DNA of 63,751 nt, filler included, from Octopus bimaculoides (lineage: Eukaryota): the NCBI RefSeq assembly GCF_001194135.2. It is 5 parts of 4 records of this genome, joined end to end, with 100 filler letters (N's around TTAATTAATTAA, not from the genome) between each part and the next. Parts side by side here need not be neighbours in the genome. Positions count along the whole stretch, not along the records: positions 50,216 to 61,572 come from NW_026332263.1; positions 61,673 to 63,751 come from NW_026439985.1; 3 more parts are not named here. One strand, 5' to 3'. The position numbers and the translations under genes are program-made. Below, in pieces: positions 53,013-63,751 of the stretch. A model generated the notes under the pieces. It saw only the letters and a program-made list of their open reading frames with translations, was not told the DNA's origin and did no database searches. The stretch's first letter is position 1. Every line of letters begins with the position of its first letter.

Positions 53013-53791
53013 TGAAACTATAGAGCAACATTGGACATTGCAGGACACTGGAAGAGAAGTGACAAAAGAAAAGGCAGAAAAAAAGAAAAGAAGAACAGAA
53101 GGAAGGAAGGAAGAAAAGGAAGAAAAGCAAACAAGAAACACACACACTCAAAGAAAATAAACCAAACATCAAAAATAATAAAAGGAAATTAAACAAGAGA
53201 GAAATGATGCAGGAACATAGGAAACAGCAAAATATTTAGCAATTGTTGTGGCAATTTTTTGATTAGTCCAACAGACAAACCAAAAAAAAAAAAAAAAAAA
53301 AAAAAAAAGAAAGTTCAATTGCTAAATTTTCTTTCAGATTTTATAAAAAAAGATAAATGAAATGAGGCACAAAGCACTACATAGCAACAATAATAATCCT
53401 TTCTACTAAAGGAACAAGACCTGAAATTTTTGGGGAGGGAACAGGTCGATTATATCAAACTCTGTTTCACTGGTACTTAATTTACTGACCCCGAAAGGAT
53501 GAAAGGCAAAGTCAAACCTGGTGGAATTTGAGGTTGATTTTATAATAAGAATAAAAATAAACACTGTAAACCTAAGAATACCTGGTTCTCTTAAATCGCT
53601 TTCAAAATCGAAATATTACAAATTTAACAGAATCTTAGTCTCTTTTCCTTACAATATTTAATTGCTTCCTTACAAATATTATTGCTAATCATAAACAACA
53701 TCCATAGTAAAAAGTCCAGCTTGTTTACTCCTAGGAAGAGTTTGTATTGAAAAACAAAGCAATATAAATAACTCATAAAGTTTCAGAAAAT

Positions 53792-54213
53792 ATGTTTGCA
53801 AGAAAGATGTTTTACTTTCTCTCAATCTTTGAACAATTGTGTTATGTTATTTTCCTGGCACAGATGCCAAAGACTGAATGTGGAGGACATGAGAGAAGTG
53901 GATTCAGAAATGTGAGTGGAAATGGAAAGAAAGACCTTGAAACTTGGCTTGGGATGCCAGAAATGAAGTTACCCAGGGTCCATGAGAAAATGGCACAGGA
54001 ATCCGCTATGTTTGCGAGACGGAGCCTCAACAGTGTAGATGATGTCTACAAATTAAACAACCAAAGACGCAAGAAACTTCCATACACCCTTGCGATGGAC
54101 TTGTTAACACAGTACTACAACTGCATAAAAAGAACCCACACACGACAGAGATCTGTCTATCAAACCTACATCACGAAGCCTGGCCAAAGACTATTATTGA
54201 AATGCCACCAATG
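53792..54213 (+). CDS. FAM187A: FAM187A-like Ig-domain membrane protein, coding exon 1 (signal-peptide-like N-terminus to start of Ig domain 1)
   Basis: ATG at 53792 (alternative ATG 53807). Hydrophobic MFYFLSIFEQLCYVIFLAQ, open to ...PGQRLLLKCHQ. Donor TG|GTGAGT at 54213/54214, phase 2, compatible with the next exon. Confidence 0.8.
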
Positions 54214-54244
54214 GTGAGTTTATATGTGGAGTGAGTGAGTGAGT

Positions 54245-54291
<47 letters not shown>

Positions 54292-54325
54292 GAGGGGAGA
54301 TTATTTGTTCGAGAANNNNNNNNNN

Positions 54326-54364
<39 letters not shown>

Positions 54365-55094
54365 GAGGGGAGATTATTTGTTCGAGAAGCAAGGTAAAAA
54401 AAATGCTGTTATTCTTGTCATTGTTTAACCCTTGGGCAGTTTGTCAGATTTTTTTCTCTCTGATTCTACTAATATAAAATTGCCCACCACCAATGGTGAG
54501 TTTATGTGTGTTCTTGATGAGGGAGAGACAGACAGACAAAGATTATTCTCAAAGCAAGATGAAAACAATCAGTCATTTTTGTTGTTGTTTAACTCCCCCG
54601 AGCAATCCTTCAGATTTTTTTTTCTCCCATTCTCCTACCATAAATTTGTCCTCCACCCCCTCAGGCTTACAAGCTGCACAGCATCCTCACCAGCACTGGC
54701 GGCATGAGAAAAAGCACCAGGACAAAGTGTGAAGGACCTCCATTAGGAAGGACCTCCAACCATAGAAACCAGACCAGAGCAGACACTGGAGCACAATGCA
54801 GCCTTTGAGCTCATTAAATCCTATATCAAACTGTCTGATTCATGCCACCATGGAATATGGAAGTTAAATGATGATGATGATGATGATGAAGAAGATGACA
54901 TATCTCACTACAAAGTAAGATTCTGCATACAGCCTTGATGTGCCACGCCAGCTTCCATAGTCTGTTTTGGCTTGATTTCTACAGTTTGATGCCCTTCTTA
55001 ATGCTAACCACTCTGCAGAGTGTTCTGGGTGCTTTTTAAGTGGCACCAACCACAGGTGCTTTTTACATGGCACCTTGGATATAGGATCTCAATA

Positions 55095-55290
55095 TCACTG
55101 TCGTGGGTGAGTCTTCTCAGGTACAGCAATGCACCACATATCTTGGTCCTCTGTCATCTTCTTCATAAGGTTCAACATTTTGAGGTTGGCCATCAAAACT
55201 TTGTCCCATGTCTTCTTGCGTCTTCCTCTTCCACAACTTCCTTCCGCTTTAAGTGATCAGCACTTTATGCAACTGTCCTCATCCATCCAT
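55095..55290 (-). mobile_element. RTE-clade LINE 3' end
   Basis: RMDEDSCIKC*SLKAEGSCGRGRRKKTWDKVL..NLKMLNLMKKMTEDQDMW, the typical G.RGRP.KTW...D...W C-terminus of RTE elements. Confidence 0.75.
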
Positions 55291-55304
55291 ATATATATAG
55301 ACCT

Positions 55305-55339
<35 letters not shown>

Positions 55340-55549
55340 CTTTGAATGAATTTTTTGCATTTTGCATTACTGCAGACATCTAAGAAATCTATTTACTATT
55401 AACTATGATAATATAAGTTATTTGCATGTTTTTGAGTTATGAAACAATTTGTCATCATTTTAGGATTTTTCCTATTATTACATAAAAGTTCATCAAAATA
55501 TTTATCTGTCATTTATGATTTCATATATGCTTGTATGTATGTCCTTTAG

Positions 55550-55787
55550 TTTTAAACCAGGGGCCACAACTGAAATGAAGGCAAAAGTGACCTGGCAACA
55601 TCTCCAGGAGAAAGGAACAGTACTTTCTCGCATCCAGTCCAATGGAAACTACAAAATAACTCCAAACCGGGACTTAATCATCAAAGCAATTAACAGTGAA
55701 CTGGATGGTTATTATTATTGCACCAATGGAAATCGATATGAAGCCATCCACCATTTAACAACAGTGACAAGCACCCAATTCCATGCG
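55550..55787 (+). CDS. FAM187A: FAM187A-like exon 2 (Ig domain 1)
   Basis: Acceptor cctttag|T. Peptide (C)FKPGATTEMKAKVTWQ...DLIIKAINSELDGYYYCTNG... contains the Ig W and D-x-G-x-Y-x-C motifs. Donor GCG|GTATTA, phase 0. Confidence 0.85.
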
Positions 55788-56433
55788 GTATTAAACTGAC
55801 TTGAATTTTTTTAATATATATTTTGTACATCTGGAAGCATGTTTGTTTGTGGGGGGAGCATCATAGCCATGTGTTGAGAGGAATTCTTTGGGGTTTGAAT
55901 AATTTGCTTCTTGTAACATGGGTGTTATGTTCATCATCCTTAAACAAACCTTGTTTAGGGACCTTTTGAGTGGGATGGGCTACTCAACCTGAAGAAAATT
56001 TTCACTGGCCCCCACCTACAAGGTCTTGTGCTGTTTACTTTGATATGAGGTCACCATGTTGCACACATACAGTTGCTATGCATATCAGGCAGGTAGTTGT
56101 GACGGGTATATTGGACTTCATATAATTGCACCCCAGTGTCACTTTGACGGCATGCACTGCTCTGTCACTCAATAATAATAATCTGTTCTACTATAGGCAC
56201 AAGGCCTGAAATTTTAGGGGAGGGGGGTTAGTCAGTTACATCGACCCCAGTGCGTAACTGGTACCTATTTTATCAACACCAAAAGGATGAAAAGCAAAGT
56301 AAACCTTGACAAAATTTGAACTCAGAACATAAGGATGAATGAAATACCACTAAGCATTTAGCTGGTGTGCTAACAATTCTAATAATAATAATAATTACTC
56401 TGACTTGCTTAATTGTACTTGTTTCATTGCTAG

Positions 56434-56583
56434 GTTAGCGAGAACACTACAAAAAGCCTTCTAACAATGAAAAACCTAACAAGAAACAATTTGAAAATAT
56501 TCAGTTCCTGGTCAAACTGGAGCAAATGCAGTCACTGTGGGAAAGAAGGATTTCGGAGAAAAATTGGTCTTTGCACAATAAAG
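56434..56583 (+). CDS. FAM187A: FAM187A-like exon 3 (WxxWxxC..CG..G.R..IGLC motif)
   Basis: Acceptor ttcattgctag|GTT, 150 bp, phase 0-0, donor AAG|GTAAAT. FSSWSNWSKCSHCGKEGFRRKIGLC matches the FAM187A W-x-x-C-x-x-CG-x-x-G-x-x-x-RIGLC segment as I recall it. Confidence 0.88.
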
Positions 56584-57119
56584 GTAAATATTTCTCGATT
56601 ATTCTATTTTTTCAACAATTCACCCCAGCAAAGAAATTTTAATAAAAAGAAACCATTTCGTTCTTTAGATAAGGCTCTGTGGCAATCTTTCAGAGAAAGT
56701 CTATCAAAACTGAAAGTATTCTGTATTTTCATAAAATTTCTTCAATTTCTTTTCCAGTTGAGTTACTTAAGTTTATGTGTTTTTTGTGTATGTATAGGGC
56801 TTAGGCATGGCTGGGTAGCAAGAAACTTGCTTTCCAACAACAAGGTTCTGGGTTCAATCCCACACTATGGCACCTTGGACAAGTGTCTTCTACCATAACC
56901 ACAGGCCAACCAAAGCATTGTGAGTGGATTTAGGAGATGGAAACTGAAAGGAAGCCTGTCATATATACATATATATAACATTAATCAACGGACATATAAA
57001 TATGTCTACCTGCTGGAAATGGCAGTCAAAATTCTTATTTACTGTTATCTCCAGCAAGTAGACATACTTAGTATGTCCTTTCATTAATATATACTACATC
57101 CCCCATTCCTTCATTACAG

Positions 57120-57454
57120 AAACTTAACGAGAGAGCTCCAGTAAGGCCAGTCGACATCTACATATTTTATTACTTTACTGGAAGTTTATCATGTCAGTCC
57201 ACTGCCTTGCCAAAGCAGATACGGGAACTCCCAGCAATCAAGTCACGCCCCAACGAAGTGTTTTACAACAAGTGTCAGGTGGCATGCCCTAAGAAAGAAG
57301 GCAGAACAATCATTAAAGACCAGGCAGGGAAGGTGGTGGAGGTCGTGATGCCAGGCTACTTATCGCTCCATCAAAAACGGAAAATGGCTCATCCTGTAAT
57401 ACGTGACGTGATCTACACAATGGAGGGCAGTGACGTCATCATTAGGTGTCGCAC
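57120..57454 (+). CDS. FAM187A: FAM187A-like exon 4
   Basis: Acceptor ccttcattacag|AAA, donor AC|GTGAGT. SCQSTALPKQIRELPAIKSRPNEVFYNKCQVAC resembles the FAM187A SCGS.A.P...R....EV....C...C segment. Ends ...EGSDVIIRCR, the start of Ig domain 2. Confidence 0.85.
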
Positions 57455-58049
57455 GTGAGTATCTTTTTTCCTTTCTTTCTTTCTTTCTTTCTTTCAGTAA
57501 TTAATCTGTGGACATGCTGGGGCACCACCTTGAAGAATTTTAGTCGAATGAATCAAACCCTGTTCTTTTTTTTTTTTTTTTTTAAGCCTAGTACTTATTC
57601 TATCAGTCTCTTCTGCCAAACTGATAAGTTATGGGGATGCAAACACACAAACACCGATTGTCAAGTGGGGAGGGACACAAACACTAACACAAAGGCATAC
57701 ACACATAGATATGAATATATGACAAACTTCTTTCCGTTTCTGTGTACCAAAGCCACGCACAAGGCTTTGGTTGGCCCAAGGGTATACTAGAAGATACTTG
57801 TCCAAGCTGCCATGCAGTGGGACTGAACTCTGAACCAAGTGGTTGGGAAGCAAGCTTCTTACCACACTGTCACATCTATGTACAAACAGACAGACAGACA
57901 GATATATATACATACACACAACAGGGGTCATTTAGTTTCCATCTAACAAATCTACTCACAAGGCTTGCCCAGGGTGGTGTCATGCAGTGGGACTGAACCC
58001 AGAACCATGTGGTTAGGAAGCAAGCTTCTTACCATACTGCCACATCTAT

Positions 58050-58132
<83 letters not shown>

Positions 58133-58318
58133 ATTGCCTTCTTTCAGTTTCTGTCTACCAAATCCACTCTCAAAGCTTTGGTTGTTGGCTACAGTAGAAC
58201 ACACTTGCCTAGGGTGGTGTCAGGCAGTGGGACTGAACCGAGAACCATGTGGTTGGGAAGCAAGCTTCTTATTACATATTTTTTTTTCTTTTCTTTTCTT
58301 TTTTTCCTGTTATGACAG

Positions 58319-58465
58319 AGATGAGAATATTATCCGATGGCAGAATAGGTCGAAACCACTGAAACATTTCCTAGAGAGCCGCAAAACGAAAGGAAGGGTG
58401 TTCATTGACGTCACTAATTCACTTCACATCAGAAACACTCAGTTCACAGACACTTCGCTATACAG
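58319..58465 (+). CDS. FAM187A: FAM187A-like exon 5 (Ig domain 2)
   Basis: Long pyrimidine tract plus acag|A, donor AG|GTGAGA. RVFIDVTNSLHIRNTQFTDTSLY closely resembles FAM187A [23 protein letters not shown]. Confidence 0.9.
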
Positions 58466-58534
58466 GTGAGATGTGATGATATTGACTACTTCATCGATAA
58501 TGACACTGTTGTTGTTATTATCATTATTATTTTA

Positions 58535-58755
58535 AGGTGGCTAGCTGGAAGAATCGTCAGCACGCCGGGCAAAATGCTTAGGGGTATTTCATCTGCCGCT
58601 ACGTTCTGAGTTCAATTCCGCCGAGGTCAACTTTACCTTTCGTCCTTTCGGGGTCAATAACTTAAGTACCAGTGAAACACTGGGGTCGAAGTAATCGACT
58701 ATCCCCCTCCCCCAAATTTCAGGCTTTGTGCCTATAGTGGAAAGGATTGTTGTTG

Positions 58756-58799
<44 letters not shown>

Positions 58800-59326
58800 G
58801 GAAGGTAGCAAGCTGTCAAAATCATTAGCACGCCAGGTGAAATGTTTAGCAGCATTTCATCTGCCGCTACGTTGGGAGTTCAAATTCCATCATTGTCAAC
58901 TTTGCCTTTCATCCTTTCGGGGGTCAGTAAGTTAAGTACCAGTGAAACACTGGGGTCAATGCAAACGACTATCCCCCTCCCCCAAAATTTCAGACCTTGT
59001 GCCTATAATAGAAAGGATTATAATTATTATTATTATTATTATTATTATTGTTGTTATTATTGTTAATATGATTATTATTAAGGTGGCGAGCTGGCAGAAT
59101 TGTTAACATGCCGGGCAAAATCCTTGGCAGTATTTCATCCCTCTTTACGTTGCGAGTTCAAATTCCATCAGGGTCGACTTTGCCTTTCATCCTTTCAAGG
59201 TCGATAAATTAAGTACCAGAGAAACACTGGAGGGGTCGATGAGATCGACTAGCCCCCTCCCCCCAAAATTTCAGACTATGTGCCTTTAGTAGAAAGGATT
59301 GTTATAATCACCCTCACAACAACACA

Positions 59327-59383
<57 letters not shown>

Positions 59384-59447
59384 TGTTTTGTCCTGTGCTG
59401 TCCATAAATGCTTTCCTTAATGTAAGCCCTTGTGGTTAATAAAGAAA

Positions 59448-59483
<36 letters not shown>

Positions 59484-60490
59484 TCATATTGTCATCAGTC
59501 CTATTCTGGTTATTCTCTTCAATGCTGTCATCATCAGTTACCACCACCGTCATCAGCACCCCAAGTTACATTAGATAATTATATTATTAGTCACCATCAT
59601 TAGTAATATTATTAACATCATTATCTACTGGAGCTCTAATTAACACTGTTCTAATTGTGACCATCATGACCATCATCATCATCATCATCGTCATTATGAC
59701 AATCCTCATTGCCATCATTGTCACCGTTATCATTAAGACCATCACCATCATCATCGTCACCATCATCATTATTATTATGACCACCGTCATCCATCCTCAT
59801 CATGACCGCCACTGTTGTCATGACCACCACCTCCACCACCACCATCACCATCACCATTGTTATGACTGTTACATCATTAGTTCTTAACCATATGTTTACA
59901 CACTTAAACAGGCTAGCACCAGCGATTTTCCGCGTAGGAGGAATTGCATCTGGACTACACTCGTACCCCTTTCCCACCTAATAATAAGCTGGCCAGATGC
60001 TTCCACTTCAATGCTTGCTTTAGGCACCCAACACAATAAGCTACAGTTAATACAACTAAAACTGAAACATGTGACCAGCTTGCTGCTAGTCACAACAGCA
60101 GGTGTTTCAACTAGCAACCACTAATGCAATCTGCTTCCCGTTGTGTACATTTGTCAAACTGGAAACTAGTTTTAGCAACAAACTCTGTACACATCATATA
60201 TACATATCTTTTATCCGTTACTTGTTTCTGCCAGCTAACCACCTTTTTATGATGATGATGATGATGATAATAATAATCTTTCTACAGTAGGCATAAAGCC
60301 TGAAATTTGCGGGGAGGGTGTAAGTCAATTACATCAACCCCAGTGCATAACTGGTACTTATTTAATTGACCTCGAAAGGATGAAAGGTAAAATCGACCTC
60401 GGCATAGCTTGAACTCAAAACATGAGGACAGACGAAATGCCGCTAAGTGTTTTGCCCAGCATGCTAACTACTCTGCCAGCTCACCACCTC

Positions 60491-60524
<34 letters not shown>

Positions 60525-60995
60525 TCCTTTCTCCTATAAGCACAAGGCCTGAAATTTGGTGGGAAGGGTTAGTCGATTACGTCGACCCCAGTGTTTCACT
60601 GGTACTTAATTTATCAACCCCGAAATGATGAAAGGCAAAGTCAACCTCAGTGGAATTTGAACTCAGAACATAGCAGCAGATGAAATACTACTAAGCATTT
60701 CGTCCAGCATGCTAACAGCTCTGCCAGGTCGCCAGGTCTGATAATGATAATAATAATAATAATNNNNNNNNNNTAATAATAATAATAATATTAATAATAA
60801 TAATAATAATGGTTTCAAATTTTGCCACAAGGACAGCAGTTTTAGGAGAGGGGATAAATTGATTGCATCGACTCCCCCAGTATTCAACTGCTACTTATTT
60901 TCTCGGTGGAATTTGAACTTGGAACATAGCAACTGGCGTAAAAAAGCTAAGCATTTCATCCAGCGTGTTAACGATTCTGCAAGCTTGCCACCTTA
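58535..60995. repeat. About 210-bp tRNA-headed SINE array: three + copies (58535-59300) and three - copies (60285-60995) in FAM187A intron 5
   Basis: Unit AAGGYGGCGAGCTGGCAGAA...GAGTTCAAATTCC...GTACCAG...GGGGTCGATG...CCTATAGTAGAAAG separated by (TAT)n tracts. The right-hand trio is the reverse complement. Confidence 0.9.
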
Positions 60996-60998
60996 ATG

Positions 60999-61038
<40 letters not shown>

Positions 61039-61104
61039 TGATGATGATGATAATAATAATAACAACAACAAACCAAAAAATTCATAATGGAATCTTTTGT
61101 ACAG

Positions 61105-61276
61105 TTGCTGGAAACGGAATATCCTGCTGCAGACAACAAAACTGGTGGTGACAGAATCAATGCTAGATAGTGCAGATCCGTATATCATCTATTCTCTGAG
61201 TGGAATCACCATTTTCGGGTTGCTAATGACCAGCTGTTGTATGTACAGTGGTAGGCACAGAGGAATGGCTCGTTAA
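61105..61276 (+). CDS. FAM187A: FAM187A-like terminal exon (end of Ig2, TM helix, short tail)
   Basis: Acceptor tcttttgtacag|T gives (S)CWKRNILLQTTKLVV...YIIYSLSGITIFGLLMTSCCMYSGRHRGMAR*. This completes the Y-x-CW Ig motif, followed by a hydrophobic TM segment. Spliced CDS is 1464 nt (487 aa). Confidence 0.85.
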
Positions 61277-61348
61277 CATGGTAAACATTACAACACTTGT
61301 TCGTTGATTAACACCACTTGCTAATAATAATAATACTAATAATTTTGT

Positions 61349-61358
61349 AATAAATAAA
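61349..61358 (+). terminator. Polyadenylation signals of the FAM187A-like gene
   Basis: Two overlapping AATAAA hexamers about 75 bp after the stop codon. Confidence 0.5.
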
Positions 61359-61672
61359 CATTTCTTAAAAATAAAACAGAAGAACACAAGAAACTTCCCA
61401 TCGTGTAAAACAGTGTAAAATGAATAAAAAAAAATTAATTCATTAATTAAATGTTAGTAATTCCTCAAATTAGAAATCAGTGAGCTGAAAATGATAAGCC
61501 AGGTGAGATTTAGTGTCATGCAAATGGTACCCATGAAATCATAAACATAGCTGCATTCCAAAAATATCTTCTNNNNNNNNNNNNNNNNNNNNNNNNNNNN
61601 NNNNNNNNNNNNNNNNTTAATTAATTAANNNNNNNNNNNNNNNNNNNNNNNNNNNNNNNNNNNNNNNNNNNN

Positions 61673-63490
61673 TTTTTCTCAGAAACCCGGTTTCTTTTTA
61701 ATAGGACCAACACCCCACTCCGACTAGAAGGACAGCCTGGAGAGAAGAAACTCTCGTAGCCATTCAACAGGAGGAGCAGATCTCTTGGCCCTCTCAACCG
61801 GGTCTCTGTAGCAACAACAACATCCAAATCGCGCAACCTGATGTCATTGAGGAAGCGACCTTGCTTCCAGCCTGTCACCAGGCTACGCACATTTAAGCAA
61901 CCTACATGAATAGACTCCATTACTTACCTCGTATCAGTGGTTCGGCGGTCCTTCTTTTTCTTTCTCCTTTTCTTGGGGTCTTCTCGTATTTGGACGTAGG
62001 CCCTCGTAAATGTATGGAGAAAAATCCCTCCTGAGAGGGCCTACGTCATGAAAGAATTCGGACTTAATCCGTCCGTAATCCTTCCGGCCTATCTTGNNNN
62101 NNNNNNNNNNNNNNNNNNNNNNNNNNNNNNNNNNNNNNNNNNNNNNNNNNNNNNNNNNNNNNNNNNNNNNNNNNNNNNNNNNNNNNNNNNNNNNNNNNNN
62201 NNNNNNNNNNNNNNNNNNNNNNNNNNNNNNNNNNNNNNNNNNNNNNNNNNNNNNNNNNNNNNNNNNNNNNNNNNNNNNNNNNNNNNNNNNNNNNNNNNNN
62301 NNNNNNNNNNNNNNNNNNNNNNNNNNNNNNNNNNNNNNNNNNNNNNNNNNNNNNNNNNNNNNNNNNNNNNNNNNNNNNNNNNNNNNNNNNNNNNNNNNNN
62401 NNNNNNNNNNNNNNNNNNNNNNNNNNNNNNNNNNNNNNNNNNNNNNNNNNNNNNNNNNNNNNNNNNNNNNNNNNNNNNNNNNNNNNNNNNNNNNNNNNNN
62501 NNNNNNNNNNNNNNNNNNNNNNNNNNNNNNNNNNNNNNNNNNNNNNNNNNNNNNNNNNNNNNNNNNNNNNNNNNNNNNNNNNNNNNNNNNNNNNNNNNNN
62601 NNNNNNNNNNNNNNNNNNNNNNNNNNNNNNNNNNNNNNNNNNNNNNNNNNNNNNNNNNNNNNNNNNNNNNNNNNNNNNNNNNNNNNNNNNNNNNNNNNNN
62701 NNNNNNNNNNNNNNNNNNNNNNNNNNNNNNNNNNNNNNNNNNNNNNNNNNNNNNNNNNNNNNNNNNNNNNNNNNNNNNNNNNNNNNNNNNNNNNNNNNNN
62801 NNNNNNNNNNNNNNNNNNNNNNNNNNNNNNNNNNNNNNNNNNNNNNNNNNNNNNNNNNNNNNNNNNNNNNNNNNNNNNNNNNNNNNNNNNNNNNNNNNNN
62901 NNNNNNNNNNNNNNNNNNNNNNNNNNNNNNNNNNNNNNNNNNNNNNNNNNNNNNNNNNNNNNNNNNNNNNNNNNNNNNNNNNNNNNNNNNNNNNNNNNNN
63001 NNNNNNNNNNNNNNNNNNNNNNNNNNNNNNNNNNNNNNNNNNNNNNNNNNNNNNNNNNNNNNNNNNNNNNNNNNNNNNNNNACATTTCTCGATTATTTTT
63101 TCTTCCATTTTTACAATCCTTTTTTTTTTTTCTGTGCTGTACGTTTTGTATATTGTTCTCTTTTTTTCCACTGATTCGGTGTCCTCTTTTGGGGTGGAGA
63201 CTTGAATCTCCGACCCCTCCTTTGTTATTGATGTCATATATTTTTGCAGGTTACTGCTATCCGTGTTTATCACAAAGCTCTTTCTTCGTGCCACTTCTGC
63301 AAACTTTTTCGGTGATACCACCGTTGAGACTGCCGGTGAAATTTCGTCACCGAAAATACTTGTGAACGCGTCACCCACAGGTAGGAATTCACTTGGTGAA
63401 AGGTTTTCCATTTTTTCCAAAGTTGGCTTACAAGCCGCAATAATAAATAGCAATGGTTCCCCCGTAGGGGGGAATTTCAACGAGTTGCTT
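61673..63490 (-). mobile_element. Tx1/L1-clade LINE, 5' part: ORF1 (ATG about 63411, stop 61934) and APE endonuclease start of ORF2 (61920 leftwards)
   Basis: ORF2 start MESIHVGCLNVRSL...LNDIRLRDLDVVVATETRL...YESFFSPG...SGVLVLLKR has the APE motifs. ORF1 contains KKFAEVARR, is mostly N-gap, and stops 13 bp before the ORF2 ATG. Confidence 0.85.
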
Positions 63491-63751
63491 TTCAAAAAGC
63501 AAATAACAGTTTTTTTTTTTTTTCAACAATAAGCACAATTCACGAAAAGAGTTTACAGGTTTTGCAAGTCAAAACTTACTAATAGCAGAGAAATAAGAAA
63601 AACACGTCCAACATCAACGACTTCACCAGTCAAAAGAATTATATTTATGAGAACAAGCTTAAATAAATAATAATATGGACTAGACCAAAAAAGAAATATC
63701 TAATCTTTCATCGAACGAAGAAATTTTTAACCAACACGCGCCAGTTTATAA

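Noticed and set aside
52996-53049. Minus-strand EPS15 exon after the strong pyrimidine tract near 53050-53090
   Set aside because: The frame needed to join the phase-0 exon at 51517 contains TAG; the tract is simple purine-rich repeat on +.
54285-54390. Direct repeat GAGGAGGGGAGATTATTTGTTCGAGAA flanking a 10-N gap (similar at 31250-31385)
   Set aside because: Typical overlap of contig ends left unmerged; an assembly artefact.

Overview
AT-rich, microsatellite- and SINE-dense animal genomic DNA. Repeat families and composition look like an octopus (coleoid cephalopod) draft assembly; this is inference, not a database result. Four identical 100-bp spacers (44 N + TTAATTAATTAA + 44 N) split the window into five segments whose true adjacency is uncertain: 1-13416, 13517-27230, 27331-50115, 50216-61572 and 61673-63751. 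The best-supported genes are in segment 4. One is a complete six-exon FAM187A-like Ig/TM gene on + (53792-61276, 487 aa) with a perfect RFX X-box about 780 bp upstream. The other is two consecutive, phase-compatible EPS15/EPS15L1 coiled-coil exons on - (51423-51517, 50291-50462), which implies FAM187A is nested antisense in an EPS15 intron. The last FAM187A intron carries three forward and three reverse copies of one SINE, a potential long fold-back dsRNA. Mobile elements include Penelope-like GIY-YIG remnants, the 5' part of a Tx1/L1-type LINE, R4/Dong-like and RTE-like fragments, mariner remnants, hAT, piggyBac-like and other MITEs, a long-TIR fold-back element, a probable Helitron 3' end and many tRNA-derived SINEs. 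Smaller oddities are a 100-bp six-copy tandem array, two local templated copy events, a template-switch palindrome and unidentified exon chains in segments 1 and 2. No rRNA, bona fide tRNA or CRISPR array was found.
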